64,000 bases of DNA from Phoronis australis (taxonomy: Eukaryota > Animalia > Phoronida): the NCBI GenBank assembly GCA_002633005.1, contig NMRA01000496.1, positions 1,005 through 65,004 of the forward strand. Direction: 5' to 3'. Positions 37,231-51,913 of this stretch are shown here, piece by piece. A program made the position numbers and the translations under genes. The notes beneath the pieces were generated by a model. The model did not search any database. It saw nothing but the letters and a program-made list of their open reading frames with translations, and was not told the origin of the DNA. Position 1 is the first letter of the stretch, and each line of letters begins with the position of its first letter.

Positions 37231-40200
37231 TTACAGGATAACGCTGAGAAGCTTTTCCCTGAGAGCAGTGGCGTGAAATACAAATTTCATTAGATTAATC
37301 TGAGCGATGGGCTCCGACATTTTCATTAGTTTTACAAATTTATGTTTATTTGGTTCACGCCAGCACCACTCAGGTACAAATGCAGTTCTCAGAGAGCAGT
37401 ACATTTTACAAACACATATAAAATGGTATTCATCTTCAATTAAGGACACACAGAAACAACACACACGTTATTTTTGGTCCACGAGAGTATGTCTACCATT
37501 CTCTATCATCAAGTTGTGGTTGGAACAACGTAATTTAGCCATAGCTGCTAAAAAGATATATGGTATATCACGCAACAGATAGGATTCCATTTCAAAATCA
37601 ATTTTAAATGAGAAATATGTATTAAGTGTTGAGCTATTCTCCACAGCAAAGCTCCAGTCTTGTAAAAAACAATCTTTAATTCGCTGCTCAAAATTGACAA
37701 GAAACGATGCTTCGTAGCCAACTCCCTGATTGTACCATACCAAACCAAAACCATACCTTTGCAGCAATTTCCTAACAGATGAAGCCCAATTTTTACTACC
37801 AGCCTCATCCAATGTGACAAGCTTGTCATAGACAGATTTTGGATTTCGATGTGCTGGCATTTTTAACAATTTAAACCAAAACTTGATCGGTTTAACAAAC
37901 AGCTTTACATCAATTGAATACCTTCCCAGTTCTCCCAGGACAGCATGATTTGGACAGTTACTTCCAACACCCAGCAGTTGCTTACAGAATTTCAATTGGA
38001 CTTGCTCGATACTAGAGTATTCTTTAAATCCCCAAATCTTACTTCCATAGCTAATGATTGGGTTTACCATTTTATCAAAAATCTCGAGTGCAATTTTCGG
38101 TGAAAGTCGTCCACATTTTGACTGAAAACGTTTAATTGAAAAAATTGCTTTCTGTGCCTGGTGAGACAAAGTTTCCGTAGCTTGCGTCCAGACTAACTTA
38201 CTGTAGGTGTAAGGCAAATATCCAGGTACTTATATGATGAGACGACATCAATTTTGTCATTTCCAAAATGCCATTTTTCGTATTTTCTCAAAGGTCCGCC
38301 CTTTCTAAATACCATTATTTTTGTTTTTGCAAGGTTGACTTTCATACCCCAATCCTGACAGTATTCATACAGAGCGTTAATTTGTTGCTGTAGTTTAAAT
38401 GCTGTCTCTGCACAACCAACCATATCATCAGCGTAAAGCAACATACAAATTTGAGGCACATTCTCATTTACGTAAATTCCGCTAACTGAAGATTCTCTTA
38501 AGTAATCAACAAACTCGTTCAAATACATACTAAATAAAAAGGACTAAGCATACACCCTTGGCGAGTACCAATATTATTACTGAAAAAGTCAGTTAACCCA
38601 CGCTCAGTTCTTACACACGCTCTTAGCTTTGAATACATACTTTTCATCAATTTTAAAACACTACCATGTATTCCTATTTTTGAAGCCTATTCAACAAAAA
38701 TTTATGTGAAATGCTGTCAAAGGACCGAGAAAAATCCACGTATATAGCATAAAATCTGCCCCTGCGCTTACTCAAGTACTTATGAACAATTCCTTGTAAG
38801 GTAAAATTTTGGTCTATTGTACTATACCTCTTTCTAAAACCAGCCTGAGCTTCGTTAAATAAGTCATTATCGTTGGCCAAACTTGTTAGACGAGCTTTTA
38901 TGAGTTTCGTAAAAATTTTCCCGAGAACAGGCAGAAGTGAAATACCCCGATAATTATTTACGTCATTGACGTCCCCTTGCTTATGCAATGGACATATTAT
39001 AGCGTCACACCAGGACTGAGGAAATTCCCCTGATCGTAGAGCACTATTAAAAATGTTTGTCAAAACATGTGTTACATAATCTTTGGTGGACTTAAAGAGT
39101 TCATCAATGAGTCCGTCAACACCGGAAGCCTTACCGTTAGGTAGTTCTAGAAGAACGACAAAAATCTCACTTTCGCTAAAATCATGATTCAATTGATTCG
39201 GGACATCTACCATACAATCCTTACAATACACATCATGACTTGCCAAGTTTCTTTCTATTTGTGCAATCACACGTCCATTATCAGGATTTTCTTGGTTTAA
39301 GAGTGAGTGAAAGTGGCAAAACCATTCATCAGCAGAAATAGAAGTATCTGACGTCATTTTCCTAGAGCATGATTTTACTAGCTGCCAAAACGCTCTGGGA
39401 TTGTTAACATTTTCAATTAAGTTTTTCCTCAGTCCATCTTTAAATAACTTTTCTTTTGACTTAAAAGTCACTTTGAATTTTTGTCGCAATTCTTTGTACT
39501 TATTAAAATTAACCTGATTACTATAGTGTCGGAAACCAGTCAATGCACTATTTCTCTCTCTTTTCAGCACCTGTAACTCCTCATCCCATCATGATGGTTG
39601 GATTTTCAAAAATTTAACCGCAGCATTGGAGTGTACAATCATGTCGCAGGCAGCTGATTTATACACTTCATTTAACAACTGAACTGCGTCTTCAACCCGA
39701 CAACTCTCAATAAGATTCGCTATATCACTAGAGAACACTTGGAACCAACTGACAAACTTGTACATGAACTGACTACATCTTTCAGCCTTCCATCTAACTC
39801 TGTCATATTCACGGACGACATAATTTGTGCTATGAACAGTGTGATCCTGTGACTGAGTGAAGCCGTGAAAAACACAAACAAGAGGAAGATGATCAGATAC
39901 ATCCAATAAATCAACTTTAAAATCTGATACAAAATCAAACAATTCAGTGGACAATAGTACATAATCAACTACACTACACCCTTTATTAGATAAACACGTA
40001 AACTCTCCTTCCTCATCACCTGATAATCTACCGTTACATGCATGGACATTTACATCGCAACACATTCTCACAAGTGATTTTCCAAATGAATTAATAACAT
40101 GATCTTTACTAATCCTTGGAAAATTAAAGGCATCTGAGTCGTACCATTCACCTGAAGGCAAAAATCTGCTGAGTCGTCTTGAATATAATCGGAGAGTTTG

Positions 40201-40690
40201 CCAATTCTAGCATTAAGATCGCCAGCAACCAAAAGAGATACATCATCGTGGGCATTCAAAAGGGCATCTTCAATACCACTTCTCAAGATTTCTACACCAT
40301 TCTTTTCAATTTGATTTTCATACACTGTCGCACCCTCAGGTGGCAAATAAACACCACAGAATAATACATCCTTTTCAGTACACAATAGACTCTTATCAAT
40401 TAATAGAAAAACACCAAAATCGAAATCATATTTCACTCGAGTTACATGCCGAGCTAAACATTTTTTACAAACACACATACTCCACCGGAGTTTCTACCAA
40501 ACCTCTTTTTCTTTGAATTAACTTTACTAAAACATTTGTACCCAGGCAAAAAGTTATCAAATTGATTTTCGTTCGTTGCCCAAGTTTCCGCAACTCCAAC
40601 TAAATCAAAAGAACATAAATAATCAACGATACTTTTCTTCTCTGTTTTGCTACCTAATCCGTGTACATTCCAGACTGTTGTACGTATTTC
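37231..40690 (-). pseudogene. LINE ORF2: APE endonuclease + reverse transcriptase + C-terminal CCHC motif, several frameshifts
   Basis: Motifs WNVHGL..VAETW, VYLPP, AGDLNAR, SVVDY, SDHLP, NYRGISLL, QAGFR, VDFSRSFD, LLYADD and CCFC..EDEYHFICVC occur across ORFs 40068-40478, 39589-40161, 38674-39570, 38193-38528, 37468-38217 and 37231-37464. Confidence 0.95.
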
Positions 40691-40965
40691 ACTGGTCCTT
40701 GAAGGCTCTGGGCCATGGCCAAACTGCTAGGCATTTCTGTAGATATCATGCTAGATTTCTTTAACCATTTTCTCTGCATCATCGTAAATAAACTGTTTTC
40801 CACGCCAATAGAGCTTGTTGAATTGTATAGTTGCATTCTCCATATTGTTTTCGTTTGAAAGCTCCTTTCGGGCTTTTCTTACTTTCATCGAAAAATCTTC
40901 AGAGATGTGAATTGATTCATTGGTTATTTCCTTCTTTTTGCTCATCACTTTGCGTTTGTCTTCGA
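40654..40965 (-). pseudogene. LINE ORF1 C-terminal remnant
   Basis: KKKEITNESIHISEDFSMKVRKARKELS..ATIQFNKLYWRGKQFIYDD matches the I.EDF...VR..R..L...A....KL pattern of LINE ORF1 C-termini. Confidence 0.75.
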
Positions 40966-41269
40966 CGCTATTTTTAAGAGCAACGGTTAGAATTTTCTAC
41001 TTCGCACCACAAGTTTTAAGATAATAGATAATTTACTTTAGGGTGTTGTTTTAAGAGGGAAATGTTAAAAATTTTGAATTCTCAAAGAATTTCATATGCA
41101 AAGGGACGATCACGATTGCTTTGATGACAAACAAACACGAAGTACAAAAAATTCTGCATCTTGAACATAAGCCGCACTTTGATGTTACGTCACGACTAGC
41201 AGACGGACACTTGGATCACACGGTTAGTGTATGGACAAAATAAACAAAAATACGTACAGATGTGTACAA

Positions 41270-43210
41270 ATGGAAAATGCATAATAGAATATGGCACTCA
41301 TACCCAAAATTATAAAAACATGTTGAGCCTTAAAACAACTGTCTGTTTGAAAACTATCTACATGTAAGCAAAGCCTTAAAATATCGTTTATCAAAAGTCA
41401 CCCAAGTACAATGCATCATGTGAACATCAATCCATCTATTAATAAAAGACAATCTGGAAATCTATAATTAGCATGCATTTGAACGTCAACACTGTACTGC
41501 GTTTCACAATAATTTTCAAAATCTAATATACAATGTAGCAATAAAGATGTCGTGGGATTGAAATCAAGCCAACGTCATTATGTTCGTTTGAATTGTATCT
41601 GCTCCCCCCACCCCACCCCCTTGACTGCCCTAAAAATGAAACATTAAGCGCGTGAGGAAAAACTGAGTTCATTACTTAACCGCAGTAATGAACGGCTTGG
41701 TTTGCAGTAAAATTTTAGAATTCCGGTTTATACTGGGTACAGTACGTGCTCGCGAATGGCCGAGACAAAATGTCGCCCCCTTTGTGATATCCTAGATCCG
41801 CCACTGTATTGAATTCATTCTCGACACGTTACTAATGTACTACTGTACAGACCCAACTTTTCATGCGAGCTGAGATTTTGGCCACTCGTATTGTGTCGCA
41901 ATATGCGACTTGGAATTTTCAACATAACCGTACTGAGTTTTTACATGTACACCTCTTGGTTGAAACCTGGCAAATATGAATCAACTCATGAGTGTCTGAA
42001 CATAATTTTGTTGCTGCCGAATTAGTTCAAAGAACACTAACGGAGAAGAGCCAGATAAATGTCTAGCGTTTGCAAACATACATGTATCGCGAAAACATGA
42101 AATAATCCTGAAAGGGTTTTTGTTGAAATGTACTTTGGTTACTTTTTCAAATATTCGGATGCCCAGGAGAATATTTCAGACCACGTGATAAGACGTCACA
42201 AAACGGTGACGTTTACGATCAAGTTACCAAACTTTGTCTTGGAAAAAACATGTAATTTTTTTTGAGAAAATTGTCCGGATTATGAAATTATATTATCCCA
42301 GATCATGGGCGACGCAGCAATGAGGAAAGTTAGGGTTATAGCCCCTAGACCCCTTGTGGAGCACCGCCCGTACTCCATGGGCAATGAAAACAGTGGAGGG
42401 TACAACCACCCACAAACCACTATGGTGCGACGCCCGTGCAGATAATAGATCCCATTGCGACACTGCTTGGTATTGTTCTTTGTGCTCACGGTCGAGTCCC
42501 GGCAAGGGATCGTGATTCGGTAATGTTAAGTAACGGCCTGTTTGAACACGCGTCCTGTTTTTTCGCAAAAGACAAAGTGAGTAAATTACAACCCTAGGTC
42601 CACTAATAGGCAAACGACGTCTTTTTCAGCGGAAAAAGTTTTGAGTTGCTACATATACAACTATTGCAACTTATTTTTAAACAAGCAGACATAAAGTTTT
42701 GAGCAATCATTTTATTCCTTTTATTCGCACACACCATGCCAATTTTTTACTCCCCAGATCATAAGTCGACTATGTCACTGATTTATAAAACTTGCTTGGG
42801 AAAAAATATTGTTCCGACTGAAACGTCAGCCAAAAAGAGTTAAGAATTTTGCGGGTGGCTAGAAAACACGTGGATGTTAACGAAATCCACACATTCGCGC
42901 CTTGGTGGTGCGCGTTGGACAAAAATATGGCGTTGCATCATTTCTTGCTATTCCAGTCTTTTGATGTTTTAGTACGCAACCATTTGGTAAAAAAAAAACT
43001 AAATTTGCGCCTATTCTTTACCTTTGAAACATTTTGTAACAAGCACCCACTGGTCTACTATTCGCCACTCTTAACTTTTGACAAAATTCAATAAACCGCC
43101 AACAGCTCTAGCAAGCCCCACCATTAATTTCCCTCACTGAAATTCATTTTCAACACTGCAAGATGCGTTTAATATGCGGTAACCGGACCAATGTTTTGAG
43201 TCGCAGTGTA
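41270..43210. repeat. Old direct duplication, copy 2 of 35090-36760 (with extra insertions)
   Basis: Contains the same ordered blocks as copy 1. Confidence 0.75.
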
Positions 43211-46200
43211 TTAAGTATGTGGGGTCCACGGAGACATCGAATTCTGTAAGAGACTGCGTGGTTTGAAACTGTCATCTACGATGTCTATAGTCGGTCACAC
43301 ACTTATTGTAGTTAAGAGTAAATTTGTTCTCCAAAAGAACCCCTCCTTTTATCAATACTTAAAAGCAAAGTCCCGGATTCGGTTGATGCCTCCGAAGGAG
43401 AATTAACCCCTCCCACATGCATGTTGGTTTCACGTGTCGTTTCTAGGCTAACATACATGTATATTCTGCAAAATTGTATGGCACGTACAGTGTATCCGGT
43501 CCCAAGGAGCAAACTCGAATTACACGGTAATGGGAAACCGCTCATGTATACATATACTACTTAAAATCACGTCAAGACAGCACCCCAAACCTCGCAGCAA
43601 CTCGTTCCAAGAATAACATATTCTTCGACAGGGTTGTATTTGGATGGTCCTAATGCCTAATATCTCTGATCACAGCATATTACTAAATTAGGAGACAATC
43701 TACAAACGCGGTTGACTGGAAAGAATTTAAAAATATACCATACTGCATGACGACATGCTGTGAATGTTCTAATAGTGTTTCAAAGTATTTTCTGCAAAGT
43801 TAGCAAAATAAAAGATGAATCATTTGTTTCTGTCATAGATCAGAAACATTAGTCCAAGGATGTCTTGTTCAATAATATAGTGCATGGAGTCGTATAAAAT
43901 GTATGTAAAAAATTCTCCGATGAAGCCTTCCGCCAAATAGCATCAGAACTGGATCAGCAACAACACTTTAAAAACATGCATCAAGCAAAAAGAGAAGTCT
44001 ATGATTTTTTTTAGGTTTTCACGAAATCGTTTTTTTTTTTAATTCTTAGGGATAAACTTAATTATAGCATGATTTTGTGATTCAGTGAGTCCTCTGTTTA
44101 AGCTATTCCGCAGTGCTACCTAACAAAAGCATCATGTGACTTTGGAACAACACTTGTCGATGGGAGTGGCTTCGCCCCTAACACACACTCTTGGCTACAG
44201 CCACGATTCTAGCTCGCAGTGTTTAGTACATGAACGCCCAGCCCACACCAGAAGTTTGTTGAGACGGACAACTATACAGGCCCAAAAATTATTGGGTTGG
44301 GCACAAATCATTTTTACTTCGCCAAACAACCCCCACCCTTCGCCACCACCTCCGCCACTCCCCCCTCCCACGTCCGCTCTAGGTGGGGGACACAGTGGAG
44401 GATTCAGGGGTGGCCAGATTCCATTTGGGTGCAACTTTCTTACGGGTAGAACCCTGGTTAATACTCTGCCCTGCCCCTCCCCCCTTAAAACCCTAGACAA
44501 TACCGAGTCAAGAGTTGAGTAACCGTGAACCAACACGGAAAGTAAGAATGGGCCTGGGGCCAGTACACTGACCGGTAGCAAGGAGCTGACTCTAGTAGCT
44601 GTAGCTGAGATCTAACAGTGTGAAAATTGGAAATTGCAGGAGATTTAAAGCTAGTTTCTGGTCAGCTCAGCTGTGATTTAATTGAAACCGACAGCTCGTA
44701 CCGACCGTCTGCCTTCGCTCTAAGGTCAAGATTTGTTTTTTGTGATCCAGTTTTGGGAAAACGTTATTTCCGTGGATTCTGCGTGGGCTAACTGCATGGT
44801 TATATCTTATTTTTAGCGTGGGCACGTCAGTCATGACGTGAACGCAAATAAGGACAAGTAAATAAATCAGTTTCGAAGAGCAAAAATTCATTGCTCAACA
44901 CTACTGGAAGCTAAACACACCTAGAAATTGCAAACACAACCTTTCCAAGCAATATGTTTAATTTTATTTATATAGGGATTTTTAAAACGTTTTTGCTATC
45001 TACTGTTTTTGAGTCCGAAATTCATCAATGTCTTTGAGAGTTATTTTAGATATGCAAAAATCTTCTATATGTTTACTTTACTATTTGGGGATCAGATTAT
45101 AGAGTTTTTCCAACTTCATGGTGCAATTAAATTCACTGAAACATAGTCATATCTTACAAGATTAGCTTCTAATTGTCAAAAATCATTTATGAATCTATCG
45201 ATTTTTGTAGCTACATAAACAAGTAAATCAGAAACCAACGAATTTGTTTGACGGGTAACCAGGGGAATGTGGGAGATGGGGCATTAAGGTGTGTTTGTGC
45301 TCGTTTCAGAGGTACCTTTAACAGTTCACGAGGTAAACTTGAAATCCACTGACAAAAAAACGACGAAATCTTTGTTTATGATTGCGAGAGTTTTCTGAGT
45401 ACCCCCTTTCGACATGTACAAACTCATCACAAAAAGTAGCCTAGACAGCAGTTTTTTGTACATGTGGGAATTCCTTACAAACAACTCATAGTAACCATCT
45501 CCAAATCTTAAGATACTACGGGAAACAGTAAAATTATTTTATAACTAACCATCGGAATTAGTCCTTTTGTGTAATTCACAAATAGTTGTCTTCATGTTCT
45601 TCAAAAATCCACACTTTCGATGGCGGCAATCTTACTGTATTTTTCACATTTTTGGTTGTTTGGGTGGAGTGGCTGTGCTGTGCACGAATGTTTTGTCTTT
45701 TTTGATAATTTGGAATCTTCATTGTGAATACTTGGCAGCGTCGGATTTAGTTGAACAGAGGGACAAAGGGACATTTCTCCCGAACTGCTCCAACGAGAGA
45801 GGGTACCGTCTGAAATGGGACACCTTGAGATGAAAGATTAAACATTATTAAGCTTGGAAAAAAGTGTGACAGTGCATTCCGCTGTCGTGTGGCCCGAAAA
45901 CGATGTAGGGAGTGACCTCTTTGAACACGAAAGCCGGTTGCACGATTTCACAAAAAACCAGCAAAATAGAGGTAATCGATTCCAACAGTGGGCCCTCTCC
46001 GTGAGCGGCCCCTTAAAAATTTATCAAATAAACAGAAAAACGGGGGCCACTTGAGTGACATCAATGGGGTCCTTCAAGGGCGGAGCCCCTCAGTATGAAA
46101 ATATCTATTTTTTTCAAAAACCAGTAAATGCGCAGAAATCGATGTTATCTGCCAGTTCAACAATTTTTCTCAAGTTTTTAAAAGTTGTCTCCGTTTTCCC

Positions 46201-49066
46201 GTGCCAGAGAGAGGAATATGGAAAATGTAGTTTTGCATTCGCAAAATTGACTATATGAATTTAAAAATCCGATAAATTAGTACGCTCCGCAAAAGCTTTG
46301 CTTTACAAATTAGCTCGATTTTTGGAAACTTATAAATGATTGATTTCGTGCACGTTTTCAAGTGCCTTTAGACGACCTCTGCTGCAAAATCGGAGACACT
46401 AACGACAATGTCCTGGTCAGGGTCCTCAAAAGGTAAACCATACAGTGATGCTTAGTTGTTAGATGTTCTCTTGAACTTTCTCTCTTATCCGTATTTCTCA
46501 ATCTTTTTTTCTCGACTGTGCCTGGCCCCACGCCTATGTCGGTTGCCACGGTTTAATCTTGACGCCTGAATTTTTTGGGGGGCCGGTGCCCCCCCCCCCG
46601 CTTCCTACGGCTCTGCTATAAATTGAATAAATTGATCAGCGGGAACACAAAAATGAATGAAATAATTTTTTCAAGCTATAGCAGACTTCAACTAAACATC
46701 AGGCAATTATATCAAATTTGTGTACGGAACAAACAGAATATAGAGGGGTAAGGGAACATCAGTATCGAAATGTGATATTAAAATAGGTTATTGACTGGAA
46801 AAGCAAGTTGCTGCAGGTGAAGCTACAAACAGTGATCTGACGTAACTTATGAGATACAGTACAGGTGCGGTACTTGACAGAGAATTGGTAGATAACCCCA
46901 GCAGTTTATGGAAAATGACGTCATAGTGATTCTCAGATTCGGGATGAGCCGTTCTAAGGTACCTTGGTCACGTATGCGCAGTTGCCTTGAACAAAAATCT
47001 GTGAACGAAATTTATTATCAAATTTTTCCACGTTTTTCTAAGGATTTATTGATAATTCTGTTACATGTATTTATATAACTGAAAAAGAAGTCCACGAAAA
47101 AATCCTCACGGCACTTTAGCAGATTTTGCGGTTACTCTAAAGGAACAATCATAAATTTCGCATTTTTCAGATATTTTACATTAACCTTCACATGTGTCTC
47201 TGGTTTTAAATGCACCCTGTTCACCATTTCATAAAAAATGTACGAGCTTGTGTTAACAGGTATTACTGATTCCAGACGTAATATTTGCCCAGTTGCCATT
47301 CCAAATGCAGTTTATGGTGAAACGTATATTATCCGGGATATAATTTTGACAAACATTTTACATATTCAATATTTTAACGAGATAAGTTAACTTTGTCATC
47401 ATATCAGTTGGTTTATATCATGACGAAGGACGTCAGGTGTAACCTGCCATTGAGTTGAAACTGCTCAGTTTTGAATGGGTTTTCAATTCCGTCAAAACTA
47501 GTTGCACTCTGAAACTTTTCGTATTCGTTTTTTTCTTCTTTTAACGAGAAGATTCTCTGAATGTTGAGTCAAGGCATACGCATGTAGATATAATATTCAG
47601 TCATGGTTACAGAATGGTTTGCAAACACTTTTGTGTCGATAATATACGAAAACAAAGTGTTAATAAATAGTGATTTCAATGTCAAAAACAGCATCTGGTA
47701 CAGATATGCTGAAGACTGCTAAACCGCAACAGGGGCTAAACTTTTTAATCCTGATGCCACCTATAGGAAACTCTGATAACAAGATTGCCTTAATTTCTGT
47801 GAACTTCTAGGAATGAACACTTGTGCACGAAACAAATTGGAAATTAAAACAGTCAGACCGTGAATGTGACAAACTAAAACCCTATCATTGAAGACAACGT
47901 CACAAACAAATCAGTATTTTCACTTGCTAGAACGCCTTTCGAAATCCTAAGTGGACATATCCTATAGTCAACTATATGTTACATACTAAAGCGAAGACAC
48001 AAACTTTGATTCAAAAACATCAAGAGAGAGATCTATAAAATAAATACATTATACTGATCAAAGACAAAACAAACAATCCGTTGATTTTTCAAAAAATTAA
48101 AACAATTTCACGGTGCGGGAACCTGTACTACGTGTTTGGAATGGTCGTGAGGAGTGCGGCGTCGTCATGAGCATATTGATGTAGGAACACAGCACCAGTC
48201 GAACAAGACAGTCTTTAAAATGTAGAAATCGATCCTATATGTAATTAAAACAGTTTTGTCCAGTAGCTTAGGAGTCGTGGCAAGCTCTGAAATCTTCTTA
48301 CGTTAGTGTGATAAGGAAAGACAGGCCAGTGCAACAAGGTAGCCCTGGTGAAGTGAAAAATGAAGAATATCGGTGAAATTTTCTCATAAAATGATACATT
48401 ACAGTATGTCGGTGATTTAATACAACTCATACTGTAAGCAATATTCCATGCGTGTGCTGAAAAAGTTTCAGCTAAAATTGTGATTGATTAACAAGGACAT
48501 GGAAAGAGCAAATTAGGCAGTAGGACGAACGACAGTGTGGACTCGCCAGTGAGATGGTTAAGAATTAGTCAAATTTTAATCAGAATAGATTGTTTAGCTT
48601 TATAATTACCAGCTGTTCTCGAGAAGTATTGTCGGATATGTTATTTGACAAAGATTGGATGTATTTGCAAATGGTGTCCTAAAGTAAGAACACAGACAGG
48701 AAGTGTCAGGCCATTGTCATTGACTATTTTGGACAGAGTGAAATCGATGTAAAAACATTTTACATTTTTTCTGATCAACCAGTTTTAAGTGTTGATAACT
48801 TGTATTGACAAAGATCACTTTGCTGAAGTAATTGGCCACGACGATCAAGTACTATAGATAAGGTATCTAACATTGCACGAGCGCGGCGGTTTGGAACGTT
48901 TCAGAGTAAAAATATATACATGTAGGCACATCTCAACTCTGCTTTGGGGGAGGGCTGTGAAACCAGGAGGAAAAGAGTTTGATCACAAGGGTCCATTTAT
49001 GAAGAAGTCAAAAGTACAATGAGATGGCTAAGATGACAGGTCTAGCACGAGAATACAGAAATATGC

Positions 49067-49211
49067 GATATCACACCACGCATGATCGATGCTTTGAAAA
49101 CAATAGGGAAGTCAAACATCTGAATCAAGTTTGATAGGATGATAATAGGTGATATCACACCACGCATGATCGATGCTTTGAAAACAAAAGGGAAGTCAAA
49201 CATGTGAATCA
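49067..49211. repeat. 61-bp direct repeat, 84-bp period
   Basis: gatatcacaccacgcatgatcgatgctttgaaaacaa.agggaagtcaaacat.tgaatca occurs at 49067 and 49151. Confidence 0.9.
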
Positions 49212-49229
49212 TCTTATTAAACTTGGCAC

Positions 49230-49735
49230 GTCCCGTTTAGCTGTCTTACTGTTTTTAGATGTGTCAGAAATGTTACCTTCGGCAAGACCGTAACAGTGAG
49301 GCACTCGAACGACATTGCAAAGTATTAATCGGATCAGATACAAACTTTCTTTGGAAAAAATTGAGATTTATTTGAGAGTTCAAGCATATTGGAATGGAAT
49401 TTGGCAGAGATCCATTAGAATCGAAAATACGCTTTGCTGATCCAAACCTTAAGCAACTGCCTACTCCTGGAATTATACATGACCTTGTTGATATCGCTCC
49501 CAAAGCGAGTGCGTGTCAGTTAAGCGTTGACGACGAGAAGATAAATTTCGAAAAAGCAAAAACTGGTGGTGACACTGACCTGTTCGGCTACGAAGACGAA
49601 CCAAATTTGAAAGACGGAAAGCTAGGACTTACGCAGGAAGATGAAAAAGTTAAGGAACTGAGAAATTTGTTACAACTGCAGTCCATTAGGGGCAAATATT
49701 TTAACAAATCCCACCGTATCTGCGCTTGGAGTTGA
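49230..49735 (+). pseudogene. Decayed ORF of an uncharacterised, probably mobile-element protein
   Basis: Across frameshifts it reads LAVLLFLDV..RYKL.GKKLRFI*EFKHIG..SKIRFADP..TPGII..LSVDDEKI..GGDTDLFGYEDEPNLKD. From memory this resembles the N-terminal part of invertebrate proteins that carry a YqaJ (lambda-exonuclease) domain; not verified. Confidence 0.45.
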
Positions 49736-51783
49736 AAGAATGTATACACAAAGTATACATCATTTCGTCACTGAGATTGAAAGAGTTAGTCCCACTGAGA
49801 AGGGGCGTGAACTAACATTGTAAAAATTCAAAAAGATATGCGGTCCTACATGCCAAATGTGGAAATCAGTGCCAAACCTTGAGTCATTTGACATTTTTAT
49901 ATCAAGTAAATGGTTTTAAAATATAGGAATACGTTACTTTCTACAAGTATCGATGCATAATTAGACGACAACAATTAGTTGAAAACACCACCACTTCAAT
50001 GCGTACAGTTTCTCATGACGAGATCGGACAGTCACGCGAAACTCAAATATGACTACTCCCTACAGACACTTTGAGAGTAGGCCTAGCTGTCATAGAGTGC
50101 TACATAACTTAGAGTACAGTTTACAGTCACGTGTATCAATTATACTTCTCATGCTAGTTGTCTTTGGTAACATGGTAGTACTCAAACACAAAAATTAGCT
50201 AAACAAGAAAGCGTGTAAAAAATTGACCCGCAGTACATGTCCAAACACCGTGAATTTTCAGCTGTTAGAAATGAATTAGGCAAGTTAAACACGACAAAAT
50301 ATTAAACCTTTTGCAAACACAAATACATGTACATGTAAGGTTTCCACAACGTAATGGAACATCGTTCATTCATAAACAATACGCGAGCAACGAACAAAAT
50401 GAACTGCTATCTTATTATGTGTTCTTTTCTTGGATTACTTCACAAGTAAAACAACGCCTGAATACCCACATTTGTTTTCGAGCAATCCAGATCAACTGCA
50501 AAATTTCCAAGAGTCCCTTGCACATGTCAAATATTTACTAGAAAAAGCCAATGTAGATAACTGTGATCGCACCAACTATATCACAAATAACACAACCATA
50601 AGGATATATCTATGCGGACCGCCCGTTTATTCAACTAATATTCTACTAAAAGGAACTCAACCTACTATACGAAAGCTGGAATTTATTATAATACCAACAT
50701 GGAAAAAATCAGAATCACTGCAGTCCTATAACCATCCAAAATTATTTCCTGAAATTGCATTGAATAAAATGCACAACAATCCCACTATCAATAACTTTTG
50801 AGTTACCATCTTCAGTTTGGGTTGATGATTGGAAAGCTTACCATATCTGACCGGGACGAAAATGTTTAATTAAGAAATACAATAAAAATACGAAAATGGG
50901 TCTAACATTTGCCACCGTTCTACTTTGCTTCTACTTCTGCAAAGTTGTCTCATATGGAATATCGGACACTCTGTACATACTCTTCACTTCAGGTACATGT
51001 ATCTATCCAATGAGGTAGTACGACTAGACAGGGTTTTCAAAACTTTCAGTCGCCAGACTCGTTAACCTAGGGATACCGAGAGCTAGTGTACTGAGACGTT
51101 CCTTCTGGTCTACATAAATGACTTCCCTAGCTCCAAAATCATCTATATCAACGATTTTATCCAAATCTCGAACACATCCCAGAAGCCTCTCTATCCAGCT
51201 GCAATTGAATTTTAGAGGGCTCCAAAAGTCACGTGAACTTAAAGACACGTGAACTTCACGACTGAAGTGTTGAATTCTGCGTTTACTAGATGTCCCAATT
51301 ACAGATTGACCCAATTTTTATCCGAACCTGGATGGTGAACATATTCCCCACGAACATTTGTAAAGACATATAGCGCCCCGGCTAACCCGCGATCGAGAAC
51401 GACCGGAAGGCGATCAAGAACGAAATTTGGCGCGAGAAGCAAAGCCGGGCAAGGTGAGTAAATTTGATGAATTTTCGTTGTTTTTACTTCCAATGTGAAA
51501 ACAGACATGAGTTCAAGGCGTAACACATTGAGGAAGAGCAGGTAGAGGTTTAGGTTAGTGTCTCTTCCAATTATAGGAGAAAAGTTACGTTGACAGAGGC
51601 ATCGCTTAAGCCAAAGGTGATTTGCATGATATATTGGCAAATTGTCGGTGTTTTTGGCACTAAATCAATGAATGTACCATAGAGTTATGAAGAAATGACG
51701 TGTGAAAATATAACGCAACGCTTGTTTTTTGTACATGTAGCTTTGTCAGGATCTCTGATTTTTCGACGCTCATCTGCTGAAAG

Positions 51784-51913
51784 CACAGGCGCTTGGGTTT
51801 ATCGCAAATGACGTCACAAAATAATATATATAAGAAAACATATGTTTTCTTATATATATATATATATATATATTGTTGAGTGACGTCATTTGCGATAAAC
51901 CCAAGCGCCTGTG
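51784..51913. mobile_element. 130-bp palindromic MITE with 8-bp TSD
   Basis: GCTGAAAG|CACAGGCGCTTGGGTTTATCGCAAATGACGTCAC...(TA)n...GTGACGTCATTTGCGATAAACCCAAGCGCCTGTG|GCTGAAAG. Confidence 0.92.

Larger units (their letters stand above)
37167..40965 (-). mobile_element. 5'-truncated non-LTR retrotransposon (APE-RT LINE, RTE-X/CR1-group-like) with 10-bp TSD
   Basis: TSD CGCTATTTTT at 37157-37166 and 40966-40975. The 3' tail is TGAATT/TGAATG repeats. ORF1 C-terminus and a full-length but frameshifted ORF2 are present. The clade call is tentative. Confidence 0.93.

Noticed and set aside
42290-42520. tRNA gene or tRNA-derived SINE (B-box-like GGTCGAGTCC)
   Set aside because: No A box at a suitable distance and no cloverleaf could be built.
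44136-44581. Overlapping Pro/Gly-rich ORFs on both strands
   Set aside because: They arise from low-complexity C/G runs and MITE-like fragments, with no domain signal.
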